From NCBI RefSeq assembly GCF_006345805.1, contig NC_043015.1, positions 7,006,001 to 7,070,000 of the forward strand: a DNA stretch of 64,000 bases, in the 5' to 3' direction. The position numbers were made by a program, and so were the translations under genes. Shown here one piece after another: positions 13,721-27,019 of this stretch. Every line of letters begins with the position of its first letter. The stretch's first letter is position 1. Below the pieces are notes generated by a model. That model was not told the origin of the DNA. It searched no databases and worked only from the letters and a program-made list of their open reading frames with translations. The DNA is from Octopus sinensis (lineage: Eukaryota).

Positions 13721-15004
13721 GTATTGCATTCTTTTGAAATATTTGATACGAGAAAAAGAACAATAAAATTATACTTTGTCTAAACGGATCTATCATCGAT
13801 TAGGGATTCCTTTTACGAATTAAGCAGCACCGAGGCCAATTATATGCTATTAGTGAACATCGATATACAGAAAACCGAATTGGAAAGATGCTGTCGCATT
13901 ATGACATGTCCTTAGTATAGAAAAATCTATACTAAGCAATACTACAATTGTTAAGAGCAATCGAATATTAAGTATATGGAGATACGTAGAAAGGAAGTCA
14001 AAAATTATACGTAGCCAGTAAGTGAATGAGAGACAGAGAGAGAATTCAATATATAAACCAGAGGTTGTGATATAGAGAGTGAGTTAGCTTGTAAACCCAA
14101 GAGATATAAGGAGGGAATATAATAGATGTTTCTTAGATAAAAAGAGTACGAAAGCTAGAAAGGCAGAGACACAAGACAAGAGCGTATACAGAAAAGTTTT
14201 AAAACATTCGATTTCTCTGTATACGGAAGAAACATTATATTTGATCGCATCATATTGAAATTAGTCAATGAATCAATCATTGATTTCTTTGGGTATTTAG
14301 TTTGTTTGTTACGTTGGTGGGTAGGTTGGTTTGTTGATTGGTCGGTTGGTTGGTAGGTTGGTTGATTGCTTCGTTGAATAATCAATTGTCTAATTGACAT
14401 ATCAGCAATTAATTGATTGCTTTATTGACTAATTTACTTATTAGCTATCACTAGATTGATTGGTTTTCACGCACCGATACAAGAGATAACAATACATTGC
14501 AATACACTGTGAAATTTCTGACTGTTCTATCAATAAACTTTCTACTCTGGGCTGGCTTTAGTCATTAAATAGCGGCCATAGTGGGACACCAAATTCGGAA
14601 GATTTAGTCGATCTTTTCAACTCCAGTACTTATTGTAGGATGTTACTCCTCATATCAATATTTCTTTGTAGAAAAACCAAGTTGAAACATAAAAAAAAAT
14701 CATAATCAACACTGATTTTATATACGTGTCTGCATACGTATATATATATATGTGTATGTATAAATATACTGAAGTTTGCTTTCTCCAGCTTGTTTGTGTA
14801 AAACAAAGGAATATCACATGATCTATTGACGCAATGTTGAGATTAGAAGCAAATTTATTTCCAAGTTGACAGGGATATTAACATTCGCCTGAAGTCGTAA
14901 CTGTTGAAAAAAGCATTTTAGGTTAATCTTGAAGTCACAGTCAAATTCATTTGTACAACATAGGCACGCACATACACACGCAGGTATGTATGGTTTCATA
15001 CGTA

Positions 15005-15047
<43 letters not shown>

Positions 15048-16330
15048 CAATTCACTTTGTTCGTTGATCGCTACGTTTATTTATCAATATTCGGAAGTAT
15101 GAAAAGCGAAGTTGAAATCAGTGGCAAGTGTGAGTGTAAAGAATCTGTCAAAATGCTATGACACAGTTTTTATGATGCTCTTACCTACATACCAATCAAA
15201 TGCGAATATCTAAGTTTATTTTTCCGCTATTCCAGCATACTACCTTCGTTCTGCAGATCAATTTACTAACTTTCGAAATATCATATGCTACAAATAGAAT
15301 AAATATCCACCATTGACCTTTGAAAATGACGATTAAAATATTGGAAATGTTTGACAAATATTCGAGATATGACTCATTGATTTTAATCGAAGAAAACTCC
15401 ATTCTCATGACAATATAACATTTAGGGGATATTTTACTATTGTGCTCCAGTATGGCTGGTGTTTTACAGAAGAATGTAGTACTGTGAAAAAATAACAAAT
15501 TTAGATGTGCACATTTGTGTTCTAAGTTCAAATCATATGCAGGAATATAACGAGTCGGTGGCAGGAAACATGTGCAAGCATCTATATATATTTCCTCTAA
15601 ATATGTCGCCTACACGTATGTTATAAATCAATGTACAGCAGGCGGGGTTGTTTGTAACAGAATCAATGTGATAGCTATTAGTTTAATTCCAAGTTTCAAC
15701 TGCGAACTTTTATGTCTTGCGCTCAAATCCCTGCATCATTAACTATAGCGATTATCACTGCGAAATAAGTATTATTTCTCACAGTTTTTGTTCTTTATTG
15801 CCATATTTGGTCTGATTAAAGTGAAACCACTATCGAAGATCTCTAAATAGTAATCATCCATTTTTGAAACCTATATCGTATCTTGAACAAGGAAACATCA
15901 GTCCATTTGTATGGCCAAAACGACTTATTACAATTCTTTCAGGTTCTTTTACCTCCTGATTCTCAATCGCTTAAATGGCTACTTTGGTTATTGCTCATAA
16001 AATATAGTATGAAACCAAGGTGGTGGGTAGACATAGTTGATCCTTATACAAAATACATTGTTCAACTTGTTTCAGCTGTTTATATTCCAAGCTTGATTAC
16101 GAACAAATTAGTTCCCAAAACATTTCTATAGACAATCTCAAATGCAACAATGTAGAAACAGAATCGTTTGTAACAGCAGACGAGCAAATATATTCATTTA
16201 TACACCTTTCTGTCCTATATTACCATTTGTATCTCACACATTATAAATCTACGGATAACAACAGCTGATCAAAACTGTGCCGGTGCTTTAGTCACCATCT
16301 ATTCATATATTGCGTATGTCTCCATTTTGC

Positions 16331-16360
<30 letters not shown>

Positions 16361-16361
<1 letters not shown>

Positions 16362-16542
16362 ATTTCTAAACAAGGCCAAAAGAAAAAATATCCTAATGCC
16401 AAATCTGCTGAAAAAAGACAAATTATCAATAACCATATAATTTATCACTATTTATAGTGATAAATTATATGGTTATTGACAATGTTTCTGTTTTCGGCAT
16501 ATTTAGCATTAGAAAGTTTTTCTGTTGCCCTTGTTTATAATT
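16361..16542. repeat. ~180 bp fold-back palindrome with a perfect 25-26 bp core
   Basis: tcaataaccatataatttatcacta (16426-16450) pairs perfectly with tagtgataaattatatggttattga (16455-16479). The outer arms continue at roughly 80% identity by eye. Confidence 0.9.
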
Positions 16543-16633
16543 TTTTTATAAATTTAACCTTTGAAGGTATTTTTTTAATATGCTGGTGATTGATAAAACT
16601 TTTTTCAAAAAATTTTATCCTATATTAGATGTA

Positions 16634-16675
<42 letters not shown>

Positions 16676-16696
16676 TGTAGGAACTGGGTAAGGGTA

Positions 16697-17100
16697 TTAC
16701 TTCGAGTGAGGGGGTTGATATGAGATGTCGGTTTCAATTTCGTTTTCGTTATTGAAATATTTCATTAAAATATCAACAAGTGGAAGTTTCTCTCTGCTGT
16801 ATTCCACTGTGAGTTGGATGTCTGAATTACAACTACTGAGTAGTGTTTCAAATTTGAATTGCTTAGCATTACTTCCAAAGAATGAAGCAGTCATCCAGAT
16901 ATCTTTCTATTTCTCTTTAACATATTGGTTAAAAGATTATCCTCATTTTCGTAGTTATTCTAGATGTAGAGTCAATTTTAATTACCACATTATCAGGTTG
17001 GAAAGAACTAGGGCTACATTTGTTCCCATATCAATTCCATATCTGTCGGTAGTATCAAACAAGAACTAATTGTTCTGAAGGATAAATTTCAATGCTTCAA
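16697..17100 (-). mobile_element. Penelope-like element (PLE) reverse transcriptase fragment
   Basis: Reads YGIDMGTNVALVLSNLIM, RYLDDCFILW (YLDD at 16890-16901) and NSDIQLTVEYSREKLPLVDILMK...IETDISYQP. This matches the PLE GxAMG / YxDD / FLD..T.VY.KPT motif order. Confidence 0.8.
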
Positions 17101-17829
17101 TTATATATATATATATATATATCTATATATATATTATATATATATATATTATTATATATATAATATATATATATATATAACTGTATAGTCATATGTATGA
17201 GTAGAATTTTACGTGCTCATATGCACAGATTTATATATATTCATACACTAGATATATATGTATATTTATATGTAAACAGTACGTGTTTACGAACGTTTAC
17301 ATGAAATTGAATAAGTGTACATGAAGCGGTCACCATGTGGGCATGTGTTTCAGAAATTAGAAACAAATTATGAAATATATTGTGAACTCCATGTTTGATA
17401 TTTCCTGAAATCATCTCTCTTTAGAAAACTCGTACATCGACTGAGTTTATTCTTTAATTTCCATACATCGTGTCATATTTATCTTTTGTTATATTGTAGT
17501 TAAATATCGGTTCATTTTACACTACCTGAAAGCTAATAGAATTATTTCCATAGAGATTTATCTTTAACGTTCTGCTTTGTACAAATTCTTATAAACCAAA
17601 ATATGTATTGCTTCTTCGCCAATTTGATAAACATTTGATTGATAATTATAATGCTGATTGTTTTCTACATCTCTTGTATGTTATCTGAATTCTTTAGAAG
17701 AAAACATGAAGTGTGATTTCTGTTATTGTTTTAACTAGTGTTTAAAATTTTAAATTCTTATGGAATCTGTTGCCGGAATATATATATCAAAAAGCAAGCA
17801 AATGTAAAAGCGACAAAGCTACAATGAGT

Positions 17830-17919
17830 GAATGCATGTATGTTTGTGTATATATATATATATATATATAAATATCTGTATTATATATATATTATATATA
17901 TATAAATATCTGTCTGTAT

Positions 17920-17953
<34 letters not shown>

Positions 17954-17968
17954 ATATATAAATATCTG

Positions 17969-18009
<41 letters not shown>

Positions 18010-18026
18010 CAATATCTGTATGTATA

Positions 18027-18057
<31 letters not shown>

Positions 18058-18193
18058 AAATATCTTATTGTTATATATCTAATATATATATATATATATA
18101 TAAATATGTATGTATGTATATATATATATTATATATATATATATATAAAATCTGTATGTATAATATATATATATATATATAAATATCTGTATG

Positions 18194-18226
<33 letters not shown>

Positions 18227-18237
18227 ATAAATATCTG

Positions 18238-18279
<42 letters not shown>

Positions 18280-18283
18280 TCTG

Positions 18284-18325
<42 letters not shown>

Positions 18326-18331
18326 TCTGTA

Positions 18332-18383
<52 letters not shown>

Positions 18384-18459
18384 GAGAGAGAGATATATAT
18401 AGGGAGACAGATAGATAGATAAATAGATAATACATGCATATATACATACATAAAACAGC

Positions 18460-18503
<44 letters not shown>

Positions 18504-18560
18504 GCATGTATATGTATATATACCTTCATACATATACACACACCAATATATATATATATA
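17830..18560. repeat. Minisatellite with unit aaatatctgtatg+(TA)n (~11 units), followed by (TA)n/(GA)n
   Basis: The aatatctgta core recurs at about 17871, 17904, 17961, 18011, 18147, 18182, 18230, 18276 and 18322. Confidence 0.9.
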
Positions 18561-18994
18561 TATAATATATATTCGTGCGTATGTATGTGTGTTTGTGTGT
18601 GTGTGTGATATAATCTGGCTAAAACTAATGATATTTGTAAATAATTTGAAATTCTTTAATAGAATTTGCTGGAAACTTTTACAAAGTGTAATAAATTATA
18701 TGAAAATTATATTTATAAAATGAGTGTGATATTTCTAAGATGCATGTATCACAAATGTAATAAATGGTATACGGCTTCATCACAAAAAATATCAAAAATA
18801 CGCCAAAAATGGCGTTTTGAATTTTTATATTACTGCAGCTTTACTGAATGCTGTTGTTGTTCTTGTTATTGAGATATATTTTCCCTTATTGAAAGGTTCC
18901 ATTATATAGAAGACTTTCTAGTTAATGCTTTCTATCTTAGGAACAAGACCTGATATTTCAAGAGATGGAGACTCGCAAATTTCATTGATCTCCG

Positions 18995-19125
18995 TTGGAG
19001 AAGGATACTTAATTATTCGACCCCGAAATGTTGTAAAGCAATGCTGATCTCAATAAGATTTGAACTCAGAACGTAATGAATCGGAAGTAAAACTGTTAAG
19101 GGTTTTATTCGATGTATTAATGATT
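18995..19125 (-). mobile_element. SINE group A fragment
   Basis: gatacttaattattcgaccccgaaa...gatttgaactcagaacgtaa is the reverse complement of the group A core. Confidence 0.7.
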
Positions 19126-20030
19126 CTGCTAGCTAGACACTTTGATGCTACTAATACTAAGAATATATATATGATCAGAGACAAAATTATTACTCGCTTT
19201 ATTTTCTGGTTGTCCGGTTTTACCCAGGAGAGACTACAATATAAAGGCAGGATATACAACGGAAAAATTTGCCGGCGTTATAAAATACTAGCAGAAAAAG
19301 AAATCGAATAAACATGAAACATGTGACTGAAAGCTCGTTGATAAAGTACAAGCCTTTATTCTCTGTGATATGCGAACAGTAGCAGACTGGGCGCTCTGAG
19401 TAAATTGATCGGATATTGTTGTCAATGACTACCACATTGGAAATGTCTTATGGTTAAAGTATCAGTCCCAAAACATGAAGATGTGTCACGAAGTGAAGAA
19501 ATTATCTAAATAGAATGATGTGAATATAGATGCAATGTAGGGGATAATAGTTATGCAAAAATGCGTGGGGAATTATTAATATACGTAATTCTTCTAATAT
19601 CATGTCGCGAGATTGATTAAGATATATACAGATTAATACAAAACTCAAGCTCCAGCACAATATATAAGACAAGTCTAGTACTAACTGAAGATACATATAC
19701 TCTTCTTTCTAAGTTATTGTACAACTAAGAATCCTCACAAGATAAAGAACTTTAATACAACAGAATACACAATACTGATACGCAACACGTATCCATTGGG
19801 CAATGATTTGTGTTCGGTATTGCTGTGAAAATAAGCAATTATTATATTATTATTGCGGCGGTAATCGCATTTTTATTGTTTCTCATATCACACTTTATCA
19901 TCTTAATAATACAAAGAAAGCCAGGGAAGATTGCAGAGAGAGAGATTTAATATCTGGTGATGAAAATACACGGTGATTACAAATCATAGGCGCGTTCAGT
20001 TCGAAATGGTGGTTTCGAGGCTGATCAATC

Positions 20031-20273
20031 GCACTGAGCTGACAGAGTCGTTAGCGTGTCGGAAGAAATAAAAAAAAGGAAATGCTTAGCGTCATTTCTT
20101 TCGACTCACTACGTTCTGAGTTCAGCTCCCGCTGGGGTTAGCTTTGCCGTTCATCCTTACGGGGTTGGTAGAATATGTACTAGTCAAGCACTGAATTCGA
20201 TGTAATTGTCTAGTTCCCTTCTCTTTTGTGCCTCTAGAATAAAGGACAACAACAACAACAATTACTACTACTA

Positions 20274-20309
<36 letters not shown>

Positions 20310-21180
20310 TTGTTGTTGTTGCTCCTCTTCCACCGACTTTGGAGCATTTTGTCTGTCGTTACGTTCTGATTTCAAATTGCGCCGAGGTCAGGTCGTCTTT
20401 GACTTTCATCCTTTCGCGGGTCAATAAATTAAGTAACAGTCAAACACTCGGGTCGATGTAATTGACTAGTTCCCTCCTCCAAAATTTCAGGCCTTGTGAC
20501 TTTAGTAGAAAGGATTATTATTATTCTTCTTTTTATTATTATTATCATCTAAGCGAAATGCTTTTCGTCATTTTAGCTATCTCTAAGTTCTAAATTCAAA
20601 TTCCGACGAAGTCGAAGTTGCCTTTAACTTTTCGAGATCGGTGAAATAATTACCAGTCAAGCATCGAGGTCGATATAATCTACTAACGCCCTCCCAAATT
20701 TCGATCTCTGTGCCTGTAGTAGAAGAGATCATTATTATTCGTTCCAGATATGTTCGCTATTTTCTCAACATCCTGCCTACTGCTACTGACAGCAGACTGC
20801 AATAACCTATACAAGTATAACCTAGGCCTGGCTCTGTAGCAAGAAGCCTGATTCCCTATCACATGATTCTGGGTTTAGTCCCACTGCATGGCAAATTCGG
20901 GTCACTCCTACTCATCCATAGACACCGGTCTTTTGTATCTGTATTTTATCATTATTATTATTATTATTATTATTATTAAGAATCGTTACTACACCGGAAA
21001 TAATGCCTAGTGGTATTTTCCTCCAACATTACATTCTAAGTTCTTCTTCCGCCGAGGTCGACTTTGACTTTCATGCTTTTGGGGCTAAAATAAATACTGT
21101 CTGAGCGCCGGGGTCTATGTAATCGACTGTCCCTTCCTGCCTCGAACTTGCTCGCCTTGTGTCAACATTTGAACCATTAT
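20031..21180 (+). mobile_element. Cluster of four SINE group A copies (about 20031-20245, 20330-20520, 20550-20739, 20978-21180) plus a group B head fragment (20822-20900)
   Basis: Repeated group A motifs in the same orientation, separated by (TTA)n and mixed trinucleotide tails. Confidence 0.85.
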
Positions 21181-22953
21181 TGTTCTGTTGCTGTTGTTGC
21201 TGATGATGACGATGATGATGTTATTGCTGCTGTTTAAGTCGGTGCTATTTTTTTTCTTTACTTTCATGAGAGTACAAATCTAGTAGTAATAGTAGTGGAA
21301 GTAGTAATAGTAGTATTAGTGGTGGTGGTGCTTTTATTAACAGCAACAACAGCAGCAGTAGTAGTAGTAGTTAAGGAATACGTATTATAATTCGTCAATT
21401 ATTTCAACTGTAAAGATATATAATAATGGTCGTTTTATTGCCCACGATGGCCTACCACAGATTAAAATACATTATGAAATAATGTATGTCAGATGTATGT
21501 GTGCGTGTGTTTGGACCTTTACAATATGCAACAGTTTCTTATTTTCATTATAACAACCTTTCAATTCTTTTTAAAAACAATGTGCTTGTGTTGTCTAAAT
21601 TGAAATATAATTCTTCTCAAATTTTCCAATTTCCCCTACATTAAACATAGAAGCGAACCAAAACAATAAACGTGAATCTTGGTTATAATCCCTTGGTGAT
21701 GTTTATTCTTGCTCTGCAATAAACAACTTGTATTTTGCCACATATTGTTTAAGTTACATTATGTTGATTTTCTTTAACAAAGAATTCATGGAGGCGAAAA
21801 CCAAAACAAATCACACTTTTATTAGATAAAATGAGACATCGATTTTAAGACATGCTGGGAATCTTTATAACAACCTAAACATTTCCTAACTGCCATCTCT
21901 CTTCCATTGACTTCTATTATTGCACGATTTGTTCTCTCCTTCTAAAACTCTGTTTCTCTCTTCCTCTCTCTCTCCATCTCTCCCTTTGTCTGTTCCTTCT
22001 CTCTCTTTCCCTCTCACGCTCTCACTCCGTATAACCTTATTTATTGGTCCTTTCATTTCTTCTATATATTATCGTTTCTCTTCCTCAAAATTGTTTGCTT
22101 TTATATTCCTTTCACATCAATTCTTATTTATCCAAAGGGAAGTGATCTAGAACAAACTGTCCTCACATGAATATCTCCAAATTTATGATCTAGAAAAGTT
22201 CAAAGGGGTGAATCATATGAGAAAAAATAATCTGTATTCTGCTTCTTAACCCATGGGGTATAAATTGTATGTCTTCGCTTTAATAATGACGGTAGTGATG
22301 AAAAAAAGTAGCAATAAAAGATGAAATGCTTATATCATATAACCTTATGACGCAACGGAATGATATGAGTTTTTTTTTCTCTCTCTCGCCTCATATTTGG
22401 CAACGTTTTGACAAACTTTATTAATCATAATATTCACTGATAATACTATTCATTGAGCGAATACTAGAAATTGTTTAATGCATAAACAGAATAAGTGATA
22501 GATACTAAATGCACACTTATAGACATTTGCACATAGATACACACAGGAACATAAGCATAAATATGTAAACACTGATAGACACATTAACAGAAAGATACAC
22601 ACACATATATGCACAATCTTATATATATATATATATATATATAGATGTATGCAAACATTCGTTAATACACAAGCAATTATATTTAGAGGATTTAGCGTGT
22701 ATTCATATATGTATGTATAGACACACACTCTCTCACACATAAACACACATATTATATATATATATATGGTATTATATTGAGTTATATGCGTGTCTGCATG
22801 TAGTGGATACTTACAGACACTTAGAGACACACTACTTGTATGTGCATAAACTTTTGTTGATACAAGCCATTATTTTTCCACTGACACAATGCAAATATAC
22901 ATACATATACATGTATTTATCTATGTATGTATGCACACAGACGTACATATACA

Positions 22954-23010
<57 letters not shown>

Positions 23011-23575
23011 ATATATTACATATATATATATATATATATATACATATATATTATATATATATGTGTGTGTATGCATTATATGTATGCATGTAGATATATC
23101 TATATATATGTGGGTGTATGTATGTGCGTCTGTGTGTATGTATATTTATTTATATTTATTTATTTCTATCTACATACGTACGTATATATTACATCAATAC
23201 GTACTCACATATAAACACATATATATGTACTTGGTTTGTATTTATGCCATTCAATATAATTTTCGAATAAAAACTAAAAGAAAATAGTTCAATATCCGAC
23301 AATATATCACATATACAAAGAGGAGAGCAGTAGCAGTATAGCCGAATACCAAACAGCTTCACTTTGTGACGTCGTGGTTCAGGGTTCGATACAAATGTCT
23401 TACAGTTTGGGCAAATGAAAACTTTTATTTCTTGGCTCGACTTCTGCTATGTGCCAAGTCGTGTAGATGGAAGCTGCACAAAAACCCATCATGTGCTGTG
23501 TACATCTAATTCAAATTTACAACATTTCTATTCTGTGGTTCGATTCTTCAAAAAAGCCACGTGAAGGTTGCAAGA

Positions 23576-23975
23576 AGGCGTAGGAGTGGCTGTGTGGTAA
23601 GTAGCTTCTCACACAGCTAATTACATGTCTCCGGGTTCAGTCCCACTGCGTGGAACATTGGGCAAGTGTCTTCTATTATAGCCTCGGGCCGACCAAAGCC
23701 TTGTGAATGAATTTGCTAGACGGAAACTGAAGGTGGAACGTGGTATATATGTATATTTATATATGTATGTGTGTGTATATGTTTGTGTATCTGTGTTTGT
23801 CCCCACAACATCGCTTGACAACCGATGCTGGTGTGTTTACGCGGTTCGGCAAAAGAGACCGATAGAATAAGTACTAGCTTACAAAAGAATAAGTCCCAGG
23901 GTCGATTTGATCGACTAAAGGCGGTGCTACAGCATGGCCACTGTCAAATGACTAAAACAAGAGAGAAGAGTAAAG
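23576..23975 (+). mobile_element. SINE group B, near full length
   Basis: Head ggagtggctgtgtggtaagtagc, B-box-like gggttcagtccc, CORE-like ttgggcaagtgtctt, internal (TA/TG)n, and 3' gatagaataagtacta...ggcggtgctacagcatggcc...gactaaaacaag. Confidence 0.9.
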
Positions 23976-24112
23976 GATTCAGCAATCTCCCCCACATATA
24001 TATGAATTTAATTTGTCATTGGAATGTTAATACCTCATCTGAGGAAGATGGCGACGCACCACTATATATGTATATATGAATGTTTGTATATATTCGTATG
24101 TAACTGCAAATA

Positions 24113-24301
24113 TAGGCGTGGGTATGTGGTAAAAAAACTGGTGTCCCTACCATATGGTTCCGGGTTCAGTCCCACTTTGGTAAGTATCTTCCACTGTTGT
24201 CTCGCGCTGACCAAACCCTTGTGAATGTGTGCTTAGTTGATGAAAACTGTAAGAAGCCCGATGCATATATATATATATATATATATATGAGTGTGTGTAT
24301 G

Positions 24302-24372
<71 letters not shown>

Positions 24373-24612
24373 CTGGGTGAGTATATTTGTGTCAGTGTTT
24401 GTCCCCCATCATCACTTGACAACCGATGTTGGTGTATTTACGCCCCTGCAACTTAGTGGTTCGGCAAAAGTAATCGATGAATAAAGTACTGGATTTAAAA
24501 AAAAAATAACTTACATAAAGTAAATCCTGGAATCGTTTCTTTCGGATAGAACTTTTCAAGGCGGTGCTCCAGCATGACCGCATTCAAATGACCGAAACAA
24601 GTTAAAACGATT
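24113..24612 (+). mobile_element. SINE group B copy with expanded internal (TA)n
   Basis: Same motif order as 23576-23975. Confidence 0.85.
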
Positions 24613-24780
24613 AAAATATATATGAGCATGTATCAATGTTTTTGTGATTCATGTGTCGTTGTGTATACACTTATGATTGTGTGCTTATATATGAATGTTT
24701 CAACTTTGAGTGGATATATTTTATAGATAAATACATGCTAAATATTGACTTCAGAATTATGCAAAAGGCCAGTAATTTAA

Positions 24781-24930
24781 GGGAGAGGGTTAAATCAATT
24801 ACATCGATTCCAGTAATTAACTGGTACTTAATTTATAGACCTCAAAAGGATGAAAGACAAAGTCGACCTCTGTGGACTTTGAAATATCGCTACAAATATT
24901 GTTAAGCGTTCTCTGTCAGCACACTCTTTA
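24781..24930 (-). mobile_element. SINE group A fragment
   Basis: aactggtacttaatttatagacctcaaaaggatgaaagacaaagtcgacctc is the reverse complement of the group A core. Confidence 0.8.
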
Positions 24931-25029
24931 CACATATTAAATATTATATCACATTAATTCTTATATAACGTAAAATATGTGCATTTGTGTGTGTCCGTGT
25001 AAGTACCTGTGTGTATTTATGAAAGTATT

Positions 25030-25227
25030 GGCGTAAGAGTGGCTGTGTGGTAAGTAGCTTGCTTACGAACCACATGGTTCCAGGTTCCGTCACGCTGCGT
25101 GGCTACTTGGGCAAGTGTCTTCTACTATAGCCTCGGGCCGACCAAAACCTTGTGAGTGTATTTGGTAGACGGAAACTCAAAGAAGCCCGTCGTATATGTG
25201 TAATATATATATATATAATATATATAT

Positions 25228-25276
<49 letters not shown>

Positions 25277-25470
25277 TGTGTGTCCCAACATCGCTTGACA
25301 ACCGATGCTGGTGTGTTTACGTCCGCGTAACTTAGCGGTTCTGGCAAAGAGACTGATAGAATAAGTACTAGGCTTACAAATAATACGTCCTGGGATCGAT
25401 TTGCTCGACTAAAGGCGGTACTCAAGCATGGCCACAGTCAAATGACTGAAACAAGTAAAAGAGTAAAAGA
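25030..25470 (+). mobile_element. SINE group B, near full length
   Basis: Same motif order; ends aaatgactgaaacaagtaaaagagtaaaaga. Confidence 0.9.
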
Positions 25471-26613
25471 TAGTATTTATGTGTGTGTGTGTGTGTATAT
25501 ATCTATGTATGTATGTATATATGTATGGACATTTTTTGACACATTGAGCAGGTACCAATGATGAGCTTTCGTCTGGGAAGAGTAAATGCAATCCTGAGAT
25601 GATGAAATCAAAGTGATTATGGACTAAATGAATGTAGAAATACAACAAATTCTAGTTTCCTGAAGTTTTGAAGGAGCGCAATGGTGTTAAACAAAGCATA
25701 ATAAGCGCACATCGTTTTCGTGGCCAGTGAAATATTGGAACGTCAATCGAATAATTTGCGCAAATCATTTTGAGTTATGAATTTAAATCCTCAGAGGTTA
25801 GCTCAAATTTGTCCTTCATCCTCCCAGGATCGATAAATAAAATATTGGAGTCGATTGCTGCTTCTGTTTTCCCAATCTTCCGTTTAATCTCCTTTCCTCC
25901 TTCTCTCTCTTCCGGTTTTTCCCTCTCTTTCTCTGTGAGAAAATATGTGGCTCTGTGAAAAGTTAGTACAAACCCACTCAGTATCCCGTTACTCTAAAAA
26001 CATGAAGGAGGGAAATCCTGTGGTTTTAGGAGAACCTTCTCATCTACAATACTACAAATAAAAGCCTAAAGATACTATAGAGCACTAATGAATTTATAGA
26101 ACACTAAAAACACTATAGAGCAATAACGACACTAAAGCCTAAAGATACTATAGGTGTCGGGACCATCACCTTCTAGGACATAGGATAGATTGTTTTTTTT
26201 TTTTATATAAGGAAAGAAATAATATTTATTGTTGCTTAATTACAAAAATTACCTAATAGAGTCTCTCTGTATTGGAAGGTTTTCGCTGCTGTTTCTACCA
26301 GGTCGAGAAACCAGAAACCCTCAAAGTATGGCCCCCACGTTAGTGGTATTGAGGAAGCCGATAGAGAGTAGAAACCCTTAGTAAGTATCGATATTGTTTT
26401 ATGCAGAACATGTCATTAAGATCGATTCGTCTTTGCATTACCATTATGCTAATATTATACTGAGGCGATTAGGGTATTTTGGTACAAAGATAAACTCTGC
26501 TTCAAAATATATCTATAGTTTTGCTTTTAAAACTAAACTCTCTTTCTTTCTATCTCTGTCTCTCCCATATGTAGATTCATACACACACACAAACACATAC
26601 CATTTTAGCATAC

Positions 26614-26678
<65 letters not shown>

Positions 26679-26679
26679 A

Positions 26680-26830
26680 TACAGATATCATTACAGATAT
26701 ACATATATATATTAATATATACAGATATAATTACAGATATACATATATATATATATATATATACAGATTACATTACAGATATACATATATATATAATATA
26801 TAACAGAATACATTACAGATATACATATAT
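26680..26830. repeat. ~41 bp minisatellite (atacagatatcattacagatatac+(AT)n), 4 units
   Basis: Units start near 26680, 26720, 26762 and 26803. Confidence 0.85.
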
Positions 26831-27019
26831 ATATATATATATATAAATACACATATACACATACATATATTATATACACACATATATACATATATATGTA
26901 TGTGTGTATGTATATATATATATATATATTATGTACATAGAAATATGTATGTGCACGTATATATATATATATATTATATATATATATATTATATATATTG
27001 CATATGTATATATATTTCC

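Noticed and set aside
5386-13796. Many long ORFs (up to 225 aa) rich in Y/I/C/V/M/H/T, here and at 18-18.5, 22.4-23.3, 29.6-31.3, 36.3-38.2 and 45.6-46.3 kb
   Set aside because: They are translations of (TA)n/(CA)n/(TACA)n microsatellites, which simply lack stop codons in some frames.
17830-18340. Regularly spaced short repeats with variable spacers (CRISPR-like appearance), also 26680-26830
   Set aside because: The spacers are just (TA)n, there are no cas genes, and the context is eukaryotic. These are minisatellites.
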